Positions 1-7,799 of a stretch of DNA of 55,124 nucleotides are shown here, piece after piece. Numbering within the stretch: position 1 is the stretch's first letter; the number at the start of each line of letters is the position of its first letter. Under the pieces are notes generated by a model. It was not told where the DNA came from. It ran no database searches and was given only the letters and a program-made list of their open reading frames with translations. A program made the translations under genes and the position numbers. The DNA is from an uncultured Gammaproteobacteria bacterium (GTDB lineage Bacteria > Patescibacteriota > Patescibacteriia > UBA9934): positions 1-55,124 of the forward strand of contig CAYJQH010000005.1 of assembly GCA_964372415.1 (NCBI GenBank), written 5' to 3'.

Positions 1-209
<209 letters not shown>

Positions 210-955
210 AGATCATGCTGTCTATAAATTCGACTAAATGCTGGAAAATCTGAGTTAACTCCTAAGGAGTAGGAGTTTAATGAATCTCACACTACGTGCT
301 ATACTTATGATAAGTATGGCCAGTAACAAAGTGTTGAGTGCAGACAATCAGCAGGGAAGATTACATCTCAAGCCCCATCCATGGTTTGTCACAGGATTCG
401 TCGATGGTGAAGGAAGTTTTCACGTCGCGATTTATCAAGATTCGAGAATGCAAACAGGCTGGAAAATTATTCCAGAGTTTCATGTCTCGCAACGCTTGTC
501 GAGTCGCAAAGTCTTGGATGAACTCGTTGGGTTTTTCCAGTGCGGATATGTGAAGGCTAATCACGCCAGGAATCCAATGGACAAAACGTATGTTTACGTA
601 GTTCGAGATCGAAGTGATCTGCTAGGAAAAATCATTCCCTTCTTTGAGCGGTATCCGCTTAAAACCGAGAAGCAGAATGATGCCGCGATATTCACCAAAA
701 TCGTAAGATTAATGGCGAAGGGTGAGCATCGGATTCGAGCAGGTTGCGAACGAATCATAAAACTCGCGTATACCATGAATGGCTATGGGCGTTATCGAAG
801 ACGCCCAATCAGTAAGGTGATGTAAAACCCTCAGAGACTATACGTCGAACTCTGATCAAATCAGAGAAGATATAGTCCGAACTGCATGGCGACATGCAGA
901 CCTCAACAGAAATGTTTGAGGCAACCTGATATATATCGGGTGAGTAACATAGTTG
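210..955 (+). mobile_element. Group I intron in 23S rRNA (after E. coli-equivalent U2604)
   Basis: rRNA breaks at GAGACAGT| and resumes TCGGTCTCCTATC at 956; P1 AGACAGU/GCUGUCU with U.G at the splice site; core motifs AATCAGCAGG, TCAGAGACTA (831-840), AAGATATAGTCC; terminal G955. Confidence 0.93.
280..825 (+). CDS. Intron-encoded single-motif LAGLIDADG homing endonuclease (true start may be ATG 316)
   Basis: WFVTGFVDGEGSF motif, PEFHVSQ, IIPFFERYPLKTEK; lies inside the intron. Confidence 0.95.
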   Translation: MNLTLRAILMISMASNKVLSADNQQGRLHLKPHPWFVTGFVDGEGSFHVAIYQDSRMQTGWKIIPEFHVSQRLSSRKVLDELVGFFQCGYVKANHARNPMDKTYVYVVRDRSDLLGKIIPFFERYPLKTEKQNDAAIFTKIVRLMAKGEHRIRAGCERIIKLAYTMNGYGRYRRRPISKVM

Positions 956-1238
<283 letters not shown>

Positions 1239-1243
1239 GAGTG

Positions 1244-1370
1244 CGTTTGTCGCCGTAAAATTTCCGGCTACTTTGTAGCGGGACCCCGATTTTTCCTCAC
1301 CGTAGTATTAACTACGCCTCGGAAAAATCTTCCCCGCGCCTCGTATCCGAAAATTTTACGGCGACAAACG
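1244..1370 (-). repeat. ~125-bp structured palindromic repeat, copy 1 (23S-5S spacer)
   Basis: Terminal IR CGTTTGTCGCCGTAAAATTT/AAATTTTACGGCGACAAACG; core similar to 1407-1526 (inverted) and 51098-51220. Confidence 0.85.
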
Positions 1371-1406
1371 TCAGATGTGTTTTTCTCAACAATGTTTGTT
1401 CTATAA

Positions 1407-1526
1407 GGACCGACTAAGTTCGCAAAATTCGAGACGCGGGGATGCGAGCCCGAGGCGTAGGTAAATCCTACGGCGAGGGCGAGCAGGGGCCCCGCAACAA
1501 AGAAGTTTGCGAACTTGGGTCGGTCC
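1407..1526 (+). repeat. Structured palindromic repeat, copy 2, just upstream of 5S rRNA
   Basis: Terminal IR GGACCGACTAAGTTCGCAAA/TTTGCGAACTTGGGTCGGTCC; core GCGGGGA..GAGGCGTAG..CTACGG.GAG..GGCCCGCAAC. Confidence 0.8.
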
Positions 1527-1540
1527 GAAAGATGATAGTG

Positions 1541-1650
1541 TCTTGGTGGCACTTTCCATAGGGTCACACCCGTTCCCATCCCGAACACGGTCGTTAAGCC
1601 TATGTGAGCCGATGGTAGTCAAGTGTGGCGAGAGTAGGTCGCCGCCAGGA
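1541..1650 (+). rRNA. rrf: 5S rRNA
   Basis: CCCGTTCCCATCCCGAACACGG..GTTAAG..GCCGATGGTA..GAGAGTAGGTCGCCGCCAGG; terminal stem. Confidence 0.97.
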
Positions 1651-1668
1651 CACTGTCATCTTTAACTC

Positions 1669-1700
1669 AAAAACCCGAGCTCAGTCTCGGCTTTTTGTTT
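1669..1700 (+). terminator. Intrinsic terminator of rRNA operon
   Basis: CCGAG-CTCAGT-CTCGG followed by CTTTTTGTTT. Confidence 0.65.
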
Positions 1701-1746
1701 ATAAAAAACTTGAATTTTTAGCTAAGCCGCGTACCATATTGGGGCT

Positions 1747-2499
1747 ATGTCTGAGATCAAAGTGGTTATTTTGGCGGCCGGAAAAGGTAAGCGCATGGGT
1801 GCACCGATCCCGAAGCCACTTGTCGAGGTTGCCGGGAAACCGATGATCGTTCACCTCCTAGAGCACATTAAAAAATCAAAATTGGACCCCAAGCCAATTG
1901 TCGTTGTGGCTCCAGACAATCACGACCTGTTTAAGGAGGTTCTCGGCGACACTGTGGAATATGTTGTTCAGCTAGAACCAAAAGGCACGGGCGATGCTTT
2001 ACGTTTTGCAGAACAAGCATGCAAGGAAGCTCGACACGTGATTGTCCTATACGGTGACCACCCTTTTATTGGTCCGTCGGCTCTCAAAAACGTGGTTAAA
2101 CTTCTTGATAAACATGAAGCTGCATTAGCCATGCTTATTGCCGAGGTGCCTAATTTTGAAGGTCAATACGCGGTTTTTACTAAATGGGGCAGAATTATTC
2201 GTGACACCAAAGGCCAGGTTAAGGGGATATGTGAAGCCAAGGATTGCTCAACTGAACAACTTCAGATTCGCGATGTGAATCCCGGTATCTATGCCTTTCC
2301 AACTGACTGGGCCTTTGCTCGTCTTAAAGAGCTTAAGAACGAAAACGCGAGTGGTGAGTATTACCTTGTCGACCTCATCGCTATGGCCATGGACGAAGGT
2401 AAGCCAATCCTCACCGCTACCGTTAATCCACTAGATGTCGTTGGTGTGAACACTCCAGAGGAACTCAAAATTGCCGAGCAGATTCACGCTAAAGTTTAA
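1747..2499 (+). CDS. Sugar-phosphate nucleotidyltransferase (GlmU N-terminal domain only)
   Basis: ILAAGKGKRM..PKPL, GTGDA, LYGDHP, NASGEYYLVD, GVNTPEEL; no hexapeptide acetyltransferase domain. Confidence 0.9.
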   Translation: MSEIKVVILAAGKGKRMGAPIPKPLVEVAGKPMIVHLLEHIKKSKLDPKPIVVVAPDNHDLFKEVLGDTVEYVVQLEPKGTGDALRFAEQACKEARHVIVLYGDHPFIGPSALKNVVKLLDKHEAALAMLIAEVPNFEGQYAVFTKWGRIIRDTKGQVKGICEAKDCSTEQLQIRDVNPGIYAFPTDWAFARLKELKNENASGEYYLVDLIAMAMDEGKPILTATVNPLDVVGVNTPEELKIAEQIHAKV

Positions 2500-2501
2500 T
2501 T

Positions 2502-3155
2502 ATGTCGATTACCGTCGACGCAGTACTAAGAGATGGACTCGTGACGGCAAAGAGAACCTGGGAAGCGTCTTCGCGAGACGTTCGGGAGACCCTAAAGGCA
2601 CTTAGTGTGTGGTCCCTACTTTTTGTTTCAGCTCATGCGGTAATTGCTGCGACGCCATATGTTAGTAGCTGGCTTTTGGGCGATACGGTAAATGCACTCA
2701 TTGGGGCCCGCGGCATCGGCACCATGACCAAAGAGTTATCGACACTCCTCTGGTACTCTGGTGGAGCAGTCCTCATAGTTTTTCTAGCCTATATTTTTAC
2801 TTTGAAGTTCTCGGGTCGAGCCGCTCTAGCCGGTCGTGTGCTCGAGATCACGTTGGCTCTGTTTTTGGTGAGTATTGGACTCGCATTGCACGGACGACTC
2901 TCTGCATTATTTGTTTTTTTGCTGCTTCACCTTCTTCTTTCCATGTATCGTGAACGAAAAATAATCGCGATCGGAATTCTTGCCCTAGCAATCATCGCCG
3001 CGGTTTTAGAAACTAACACCATTGTTCATTTTACGATCAGTCGATCGCTCACGATTGGTGAAGGCATTACTGTCATCACCTTAGTTATTTGGAGTTTGGG
3101 ACTTTTAAAACTACGTTTTATCCGTTCTTCGCCGGGGTATGCGCTGCATAACTGA
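2502..3155 (+). CDS. Hypothetical multi-pass membrane protein
   Basis: Several hydrophobic segments; tightly coupled to neighbours. Confidence 0.75.
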   Translation: MSITVDAVLRDGLVTAKRTWEASSRDVRETLKALSVWSLLFVSAHAVIAATPYVSSWLLGDTVNALIGARGIGTMTKELSTLLWYSGGAVLIVFLAYIFTLKFSGRAALAGRVLEITLALFLVSIGLALHGRLSALFVFLLLHLLLSMYRERKIIAIGILALAIIAAVLETNTIVHFTISRSLTIGEGITVITLVIWSLGLLKLRFIRSSPGYALHN

Positions 3156-4404
3156 TTGGCACGTCCATTCACGCTTCTCCCGAGCCTGTTCAAAGGATCT
3201 AACGCTTGAGAACAATGCGTTGTGGTGTGAAAAGAAAGGGGTGAATGTTCTTGGGACAGCTGATTTTACGCATCCGGAGTGGTTTTCTGAAATTGAAAGT
3301 AAGCTTATCGAAGCTGAGCCGGGACTTTATCGACTCAAAAGTGGTGAGTACCCGAAGGTGCGTTACATGCTGACCACTGAGGTCTCACAGATTTACAAAA
3401 AGAACGACAAAACACGTCGCATTCATAACCTGATCCTCGCTCCTTCGATTGAGTCTGTACGCAAAATCAATCAATGGCTCACTGATCAAGGCTTTAATCT
3501 CAAAGCCGACGGCCGCCCGATACTCGGTATCGACTCAGAAGAGCTTTTTAAGCGTCTTCGTGATCTCGACGAGCGGGTGACGATGATCCCCGCCCATGTC
3601 TGGACGCCGTGGTTTTCGGTTTTTGGATCAAAGTCTGGTTTCAACTCTCTCGAGGAGTGTTACGGCAGTATGACACCACACATTCACGCCATTGAAACTG
3701 GACTATCGAGCGATATTCTTATGAACCGCTCGCTCTCGGCACTCGACACCGTGTCAATCATTTCTAATTCCGATGCTCATAGCCCACAAAAGTTTGGTCG
3801 TGAAGCGAACGTTTTTGAAATTGCAGAAAAAGATTTTTCCTACAACGAATTCATTCGAATTTTAAAAGAACGAGATACCACAAAATTTCTTTACACTATT
3901 GAATTTTATCCTGAAGAAGGAAAATATCACCTTGATGGTCATGCTGATTGTAAGCTTGCTTGGTATCCTGCTGAAACGCGCCAGCACGGTGGTAAATGTC
4001 CCATGTGCGGACGACCGCTTACGATTGGTGTTTTGTCACGCGTTGAAGAATTAGCCGATCGAAGTCTGAAAGAGGTGCCCGAACAATTTGTGCCGCAACG
4101 TTCTATTGTGCCACTCTCAGAAATCATCGCTGAAGCGATGCGTCTCAGCTCACCAAACAGCAAGAAGGTCACCGCACTTTATGAAAAGATGATCAAAGAA
4201 TTTGGTAACGAGTTTCACATTCTTCTCGATGTACCGGTTAACGATCTTAAAACAATGGCTGGAGACGACGTAGCTGAGGCCGTTCGACGAGTCAGGGCTG
4301 GTGAGATGTCGATTACCCCTGGATATGATGGAATCTACGGAAAAGTGAAGATTTTTGGAGACAATGAGCAGAAAAGGGGCAATATTCAGGCTATCCTTTT
4401 ATAG
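3139..4404 (+). CDS. Endonuclease Q family PHP-domain protein
   Basis: DWHVHSRFSRACS, GTADFTHP, IPAHVWTPW, IETGLSSD, SNSDAHS, GKYHLDGH, CPMCG, PGYDGIYG. Confidence 0.92.
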   Translation: MRCITDWHVHSRFSRACSKDLTLENNALWCEKKGVNVLGTADFTHPEWFSEIESKLIEAEPGLYRLKSGEYPKVRYMLTTEVSQIYKKNDKTRRIHNLILAPSIESVRKINQWLTDQGFNLKADGRPILGIDSEELFKRLRDLDERVTMIPAHVWTPWFSVFGSKSGFNSLEECYGSMTPHIHAIETGLSSDILMNRSLSALDTVSIISNSDAHSPQKFGREANVFEIAEKDFSYNEFIRILKERDTTKFLYTIEFYPEEGKYHLDGHADCKLAWYPAETRQHGGKCPMCGRPLTIGVLSRVEELADRSLKEVPEQFVPQRSIVPLSEIIAEAMRLSSPNSKKVTALYEKMIKEFGNEFHILLDVPVNDLKTMAGDDVAEAVRRVRAGEMSITPGYDGIYGKVKIFGDNEQKRGNIQAILL

Positions 4405-4407
4405 TTT

Positions 4408-4490
4408 TCGTCATTGCGAGCCCCGAAGGGGCGAAGCAATCTTTGGTCTACAGATTGCTTCGTCGTCCTACGGACTCCTCGCAATGACGA
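4408..4490. repeat. REP/RPE-like palindromic element
   Basis: TCGTCATTGCGAG...GAAGCAATCT...AGATTGCTTCG...CTCGCAATGACGA nested inverted repeats. Confidence 0.85.
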
Positions 4491-4494
4491 GCAA

Positions 4495-4566
4495 AACAAA
4501 AATCCCGTTCTTGAGAACCATCCCCTCCAAACTTTGGAGTACGGTCCTCAGCGAACGGGGTTTTGT
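4495..4566. terminator. Long bidirectional hairpin/terminator between convergent genes
   Basis: ACAAAAATCCCGTTC...GAACGGGGTTTTGT with flanking A/T runs. Confidence 0.6.
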
Positions 4567-4567
4567 G

Positions 4568-4678
4568 TTAGCGGCGACGCTTGCTGCTCTTACGTTTAGC
4601 GGCCTTACGAGCCGGGCGACGTTTGGCAGCTTTGCGACGAGCTGGCTTCTTGGCCTTCTTGCTCTTCTTCTTTGCCAT
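4568..4678 (-). CDS. 36-aa Lys/Arg/Ala-rich basic peptide (histone H1/protamine-like); not in ORF track
   Basis: Manual translation MAKKKSKKAKKPARRKAAKRRPARKAAKRKSSKRRR*; ATG start, AT-rich leader, downstream hairpin. Confidence 0.8.
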   Translation of the reverse strand: MAKKKSKKAKKPARRKAAKRRPARKAAKRKSSKRRR

Positions 4679-4784
4679 AATAATTATCTTATCGCCACCA
4701 AAAGCGTGACGTTATATTCAGTATAGCGTTTTTCGTTATTCGTGTTTCGTTTTTCGTAGCAATTGTTGATAAGTCGTCTCACGA

Positions 4785-6158
4785 TCACGGAACAATCTCA
4801 ACTGTCGTCCCGACATCAGCCCAGTTGTAGGTCCACTCGGCATCTTTGAGACTCGTATTTACGCAACCGTGACTCATGCGATGACCAAAGTTGTTGTGCC
4901 AGTAGGCGGAGTGAATATAGTAGTGGGGTCGGAAACGAAGATTGTATTGAACGTCTGGCAAGAAGTAGTTATTTGGATTATTCACTCCGTAATTCCAACC
5001 GTAATCCATGAGAGGAATTTTGTTAGTGATGGTTGTTTTTCCAAGCGGAGTATCCCAACCATAAACTCCTGTCGAGACGAGAAAAGTGTTTACTGGCACG
5101 CCATTTGCGTAAGCGGTTAAACGTTGTTCCGAGATGTCGACTTTGATGTATTTGTCATTTGCAGTAGTAGCCAAAGCGCTTGTCGTAGCTGCAACGACCA
5201 GGGTCTCTGGATCCTCAGGTAGCGAGGTTACAGCCCAGCCTCCAGTCATATCGTCGCCGAGGGCTATAGAGTCATGGGCCGTGCCGATAGCTTCAAACGG
5301 CGTAACACTACCTGTTGTGTAGGCACCACTCGTAACCAGAAGTTCAGCTACGCCATCGCTATCTATATCTGTTGAGGCCAGGCTACTCCCATGAGTAGCT
5401 GTTGTTGACGAGGGAATGGAACTCACAAAACGAAGCGTATTATTTTTGATAGCAAAAACAGTCACTTGTGGTACGGCGTAGGCAGCTGGCGAGGCGATGA
5501 TGTCTGTTACACCGTCACCTGTCATATCACCAACGGCGATGTTGGCACCGACTGATTCAAAAGCGCTACCGTTAAAGATTTCTGTTTCAAGCATTCCGGC
5601 GGCTGAAAAAACTTTGATATGCGGCCCGCCACCTGGACCGGCACCGGTTACAACTTCAACCTCGCCATCACCATCAACATCTCCGCAGGCCACGTGCACG
5701 CCGCCGCGAAAAGCTTCGCTGTAGGCAAAGAATTGCGGGCCAATGAAAGAGCCCACGTTATTAAATACGCGAATTTGTGGCCCACCAGAATAACCGGCTC
5801 CGGTAATGATTTCATTGGTGCCGTCACTGTTAAGGTCGCAGGTGGCCACATTAACCCCGCCACGAAAGCCTTCGCCGTAAGCTAGAAATTCTATGAGTTG
5901 TGAACCGTCTTGGCGAAAGATTCGGACAAGTGGCTTAAGGCCATTGCCAGCGCCAACGATTATCTCTGATACGCCATCGGACCCTAGATCGCCTGCCGCC
6001 ACACTGTTAGCTCGACCTCCGAGGTCGGCAAAAGGAGTCAGCGTCCGGATGACTATGCCTTCGTTTGAGAGAAGTTTTAGTTCACCGGTTGCTGCTTGCG
6101 TAATTTGAGGTAAAAGCACGATAAGTGCTAGGAACATGAGGTTCAAAACGCGACGCAT
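4785..6158 (-). CDS. Secreted FG-GAP repeat protein with C-terminal L,D-transpeptidase (YkuD) domain
   Basis: Signal peptide; repeats VACGDVDGDG..EVVTGAGPGGGPHIKVF; VSTG..TPLG; YIHSAYWHNNFGHRMSHGCVN. Confidence 0.93.
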   Translation of the reverse strand: MRRVLNLMFLALIVLLPQITQAATGELKLLSNEGIVIRTLTPFADLGGRANSVAAGDLGSDGVSEIIVGAGNGLKPLVRIFRQDGSQLIEFLAYGEGFRGGVNVATCDLNSDGTNEIITGAGYSGGPQIRVFNNVGSFIGPQFFAYSEAFRGGVHVACGDVDGDGEVEVVTGAGPGGGPHIKVFSAAGMLETEIFNGSAFESVGANIAVGDMTGDGVTDIIASPAAYAVPQVTVFAIKNNTLRFVSSIPSSTTATHGSSLASTDIDSDGVAELLVTSGAYTTGSVTPFEAIGTAHDSIALGDDMTGGWAVTSLPEDPETLVVAATTSALATTANDKYIKVDISEQRLTAYANGVPVNTFLVSTGVYGWDTPLGKTTITNKIPLMDYGWNYGVNNPNNYFLPDVQYNLRFRPHYYIHSAYWHNNFGHRMSHGCVNTSLKDAEWTYNWADVGTTVEIVP

Positions 6159-6201
6159 ATTTGCATGATTCTATTGTACTCTCACTCTAACAAACAAAAA
6201 A

Positions 6202-6272
6202 CTCATCTGACCACTCAAGGAAAAGAGAGATCCTTGAGTAGTCGGATGAGCTCCCGAACGACAGCGTTCGTG
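6202..6272 (-). repeat. Double-hairpin spacer element, copy A
   Basis: CTCATCTGACCACTCAAGGA..TCCTTGAGTAGTCGGATGAG + CCCGAACG-ACAG-CGTTCGTG. Confidence 0.7.
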
Positions 6273-6328
6273 ATGCACAATCTGGAGTGGTTGAACTGTA
6301 AAGCGAGCTTGTGGTATGTTTTTCCTAT

Positions 6329-6520
6329 ATGGCCACTCGTTCTAAAGCATTACCTAAGGCGCAGGTAAAAGAACTTGTCCGAGCTCTCGAAGCACTCGAG
6401 AACGTGCTTGAAGATTCCGGAGCGTATTCACCGAAATTTCTTGCCTCACTCGATCGCGCGATGTCCGATGTCCAGGCTGGTCGTGCCCGCCGCGTGCGTT
6501 CCTTGAACGAGCTGCGGTAG
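6329..6520 (+). CDS. Putative type II antitoxin
   Basis: 63 aa upstream of RelE toxin; C-terminal FLASLDRAMSDVQAGR..VRSLNEL typical of RelE partners. Confidence 0.75.
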   Translation: MATRSKALPKAQVKELVRALEALENVLEDSGAYSPKFLASLDRAMSDVQAGRARRVRSLNELR

Positions 6521-6526
6521 GCAAGT

Positions 6527-6793
6527 ATGCGGACACTTGTTGTCGCGCCGGCCTTTGCACGAGACTGGAAAGCTCTGTCTGATGACATGCGCCGCTCAGT
6601 GCGTTTGACGGTTACGCGCCTTCAGAAAAATCCTCTTGACCCAACACTTGCTCCAAAGAAACTGGTTGGCACGCGTCACAAGTTGTGGCGTGTCCGACTG
6701 GGTTCCTGGAGGCTTATTTTTTCTTATACTCCAACTACACTCGTACTAGTACGTCTGGCACACCGTAAAGATGTGTACAGGGATATTTCCTAA
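6527..6793 (+). CDS. RelE/ParE family toxin
   Basis: FARDWKAL..LQKNP..KKLVG..LWRVRLGSWRLIF..LAHRKDVYR. Confidence 0.92.
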   Translation: MRTLVVAPAFARDWKALSDDMRRSVRLTVTRLQKNPLDPTLAPKKLVGTRHKLWRVRLGSWRLIFSYTPTTLVLVRLAHRKDVYRDIS

Positions 6794-6862
6794 CTCTTCA
6801 GGAACCATCTCATAGGCGAGGTGGGTCCTGATGAGTCCCCGACGTTTTAGTCCGTCGGGGGG
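6793..6862 (-). repeat. Double-hairpin spacer element, copy B
   Basis: ACTCTTCAGGAACC..GGGTCCTGATGAGT + CCCCGACG..CGTCGGGG; begins at the toxin stop codon. Confidence 0.8.
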
Positions 6863-6955
6863 AGTTGCGATGGGCGCGAGTTGTGCGCCCGGTCGCCCGC
6901 GTCACTTTGCTGATCTGGCTCAGAAAGTGAGAAAGAAGCCGAGCTGGTGGGGGTG

Positions 6956-7321
6956 CTAGCCTTTCCGCTTGGCCAGCCATGCCTCGCTACCCTCGCGGGT
7001 CGAGAGGTCCTCTGCGTTGGCCCGATATTCGGCCAACCTGAGGACCTCCCTCGCCTCGAACTCTTCGAGGCGGGCAGGGTTCACCGCCACGGGGGTCTGG
7101 AACCCGGGCCAGCAGCAGGTACAGCTGCAGACCCGGGTCTCGAGCCGGATGGGGAGCAACATCTGCTCCCCCGTCGCGTCGTCGAAGACTTCGGCGACGG
7201 TGCCCGGGGTTTTTTCCCAGGCCTCGTGGTATTCAGCGTCGAACCCCTGGAGGTCCGACTCGACGCGGAGGGACATGTGTCCCTCCGCAAACGCTGCCTC
7301 GAGCCCGTTCGCATGTAGCAT
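6956..7321 (-). CDS. Hypothetical acidic protein with CSCTCCW motif (121 aa)
   Basis: GGAGG SD before ATG 7321; GC3-rich codons. Confidence 0.7.
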   Translation of the reverse strand: MLHANGLEAAFAEGHMSLRVESDLQGFDAEYHEAWEKTPGTVAEVFDDATGEQMLLPIRLETRVCSCTCCWPGFQTPVAVNPARLEEFEAREVLRLAEYRANAEDLSTREGSEAWLAKRKG

Positions 7322-7418
7322 GTTTCCTCCAGTGCGCAATGTTTCAGCGCCTGAGGCCGGCATGGAACCGGACCGCCTCGCATGAGGCGGATTTTTTTGT
7401 CGAGAACCAAGATCGGTC

Positions 7419-7490
7419 CTCATCTGACAGCTCACGTGGGCGAACACGTAAGCGGTCGGATGAGTCCCCGTGCGTTGCCGCAGCGGGGAC
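7419..7490 (-). repeat. Double-hairpin spacer element, copy C
   Basis: CTCATCTGACAGCTCACGTG-GGCGAA-CACGTAAGCGGTCGGATGAG + TCCCCG..CGGGGAC. Confidence 0.8.
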
Positions 7491-7513
7491 TGCGAGCACG
7501 GGACGATGGGCGA

Positions 7514-7693
7514 TCAGCGGAGCTCGATGAGCCCGATTACCTCCGCCTCGTCGGCGGTCGGGGCACGGTTCAGGGCGACGACAAGGTCGCCCATGAAAAG
7601 GCCCCGACTCTCGAAGGCGAACGTCTCCCTGAGGAGGGAGTACGCGGCCTTCAGGTCGCCGCGGGGCCGACCGAGGAGCACGAACACGTGCAT
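7514..7693 (-). CDS. Small hypothetical protein (59 aa)
   Basis: GGAGGT SD before ATG 7693; MHVFVLLGRPRGDLKAAY...; GC3 bias. Confidence 0.7.
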   Translation of the reverse strand: MHVFVLLGRPRGDLKAAYSLLRETFAFESRGLFMGDLVVALNRAPTADEAEVIGLIELR

Positions 7694-7699
7694 TTTTAC

Positions 7700-7765
7700 C
7701 TCCACATAAGTCACGAGTTATAACTCATGGTTTCTGTGGAGTCCCCGACGCGAAGTTGTCGGGGC
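7700..7765 (-). repeat. Double-hairpin spacer element, copy D (overlaps SD of next gene)
   Basis: CTCCACA..CACGAGTTATAACTCATG..TGTGGAG + TCCCCGAC..GTCGGGG. Confidence 0.8.
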
Positions 7766-7799
7766 ACGTGAGGCGTCAGGTGCCTCGTCCCGTTTTTGG

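Noticed and set aside
1268..1588. ORFs 1268-1588 and 50982-51284 sharing ARGRFFRGVV.TTVRKN.GPAT
   Set aside because: The similarity comes from the non-coding structured repeat; the ORFs overlap 5S rRNA and tRNA-Leu.
4355..4726. 123-aa plus-strand ORF
   Set aside because: It spans a REP element, a terminator and the antisense of the basic peptide gene.
6828..6866. Hammerhead ribozyme (CTGATGAG followed by a stem)
   Set aside because: No GAAA after the stem, other copies read CGGATGAG/CTGTGGAG, and most wobble pairs favour the opposite strand.
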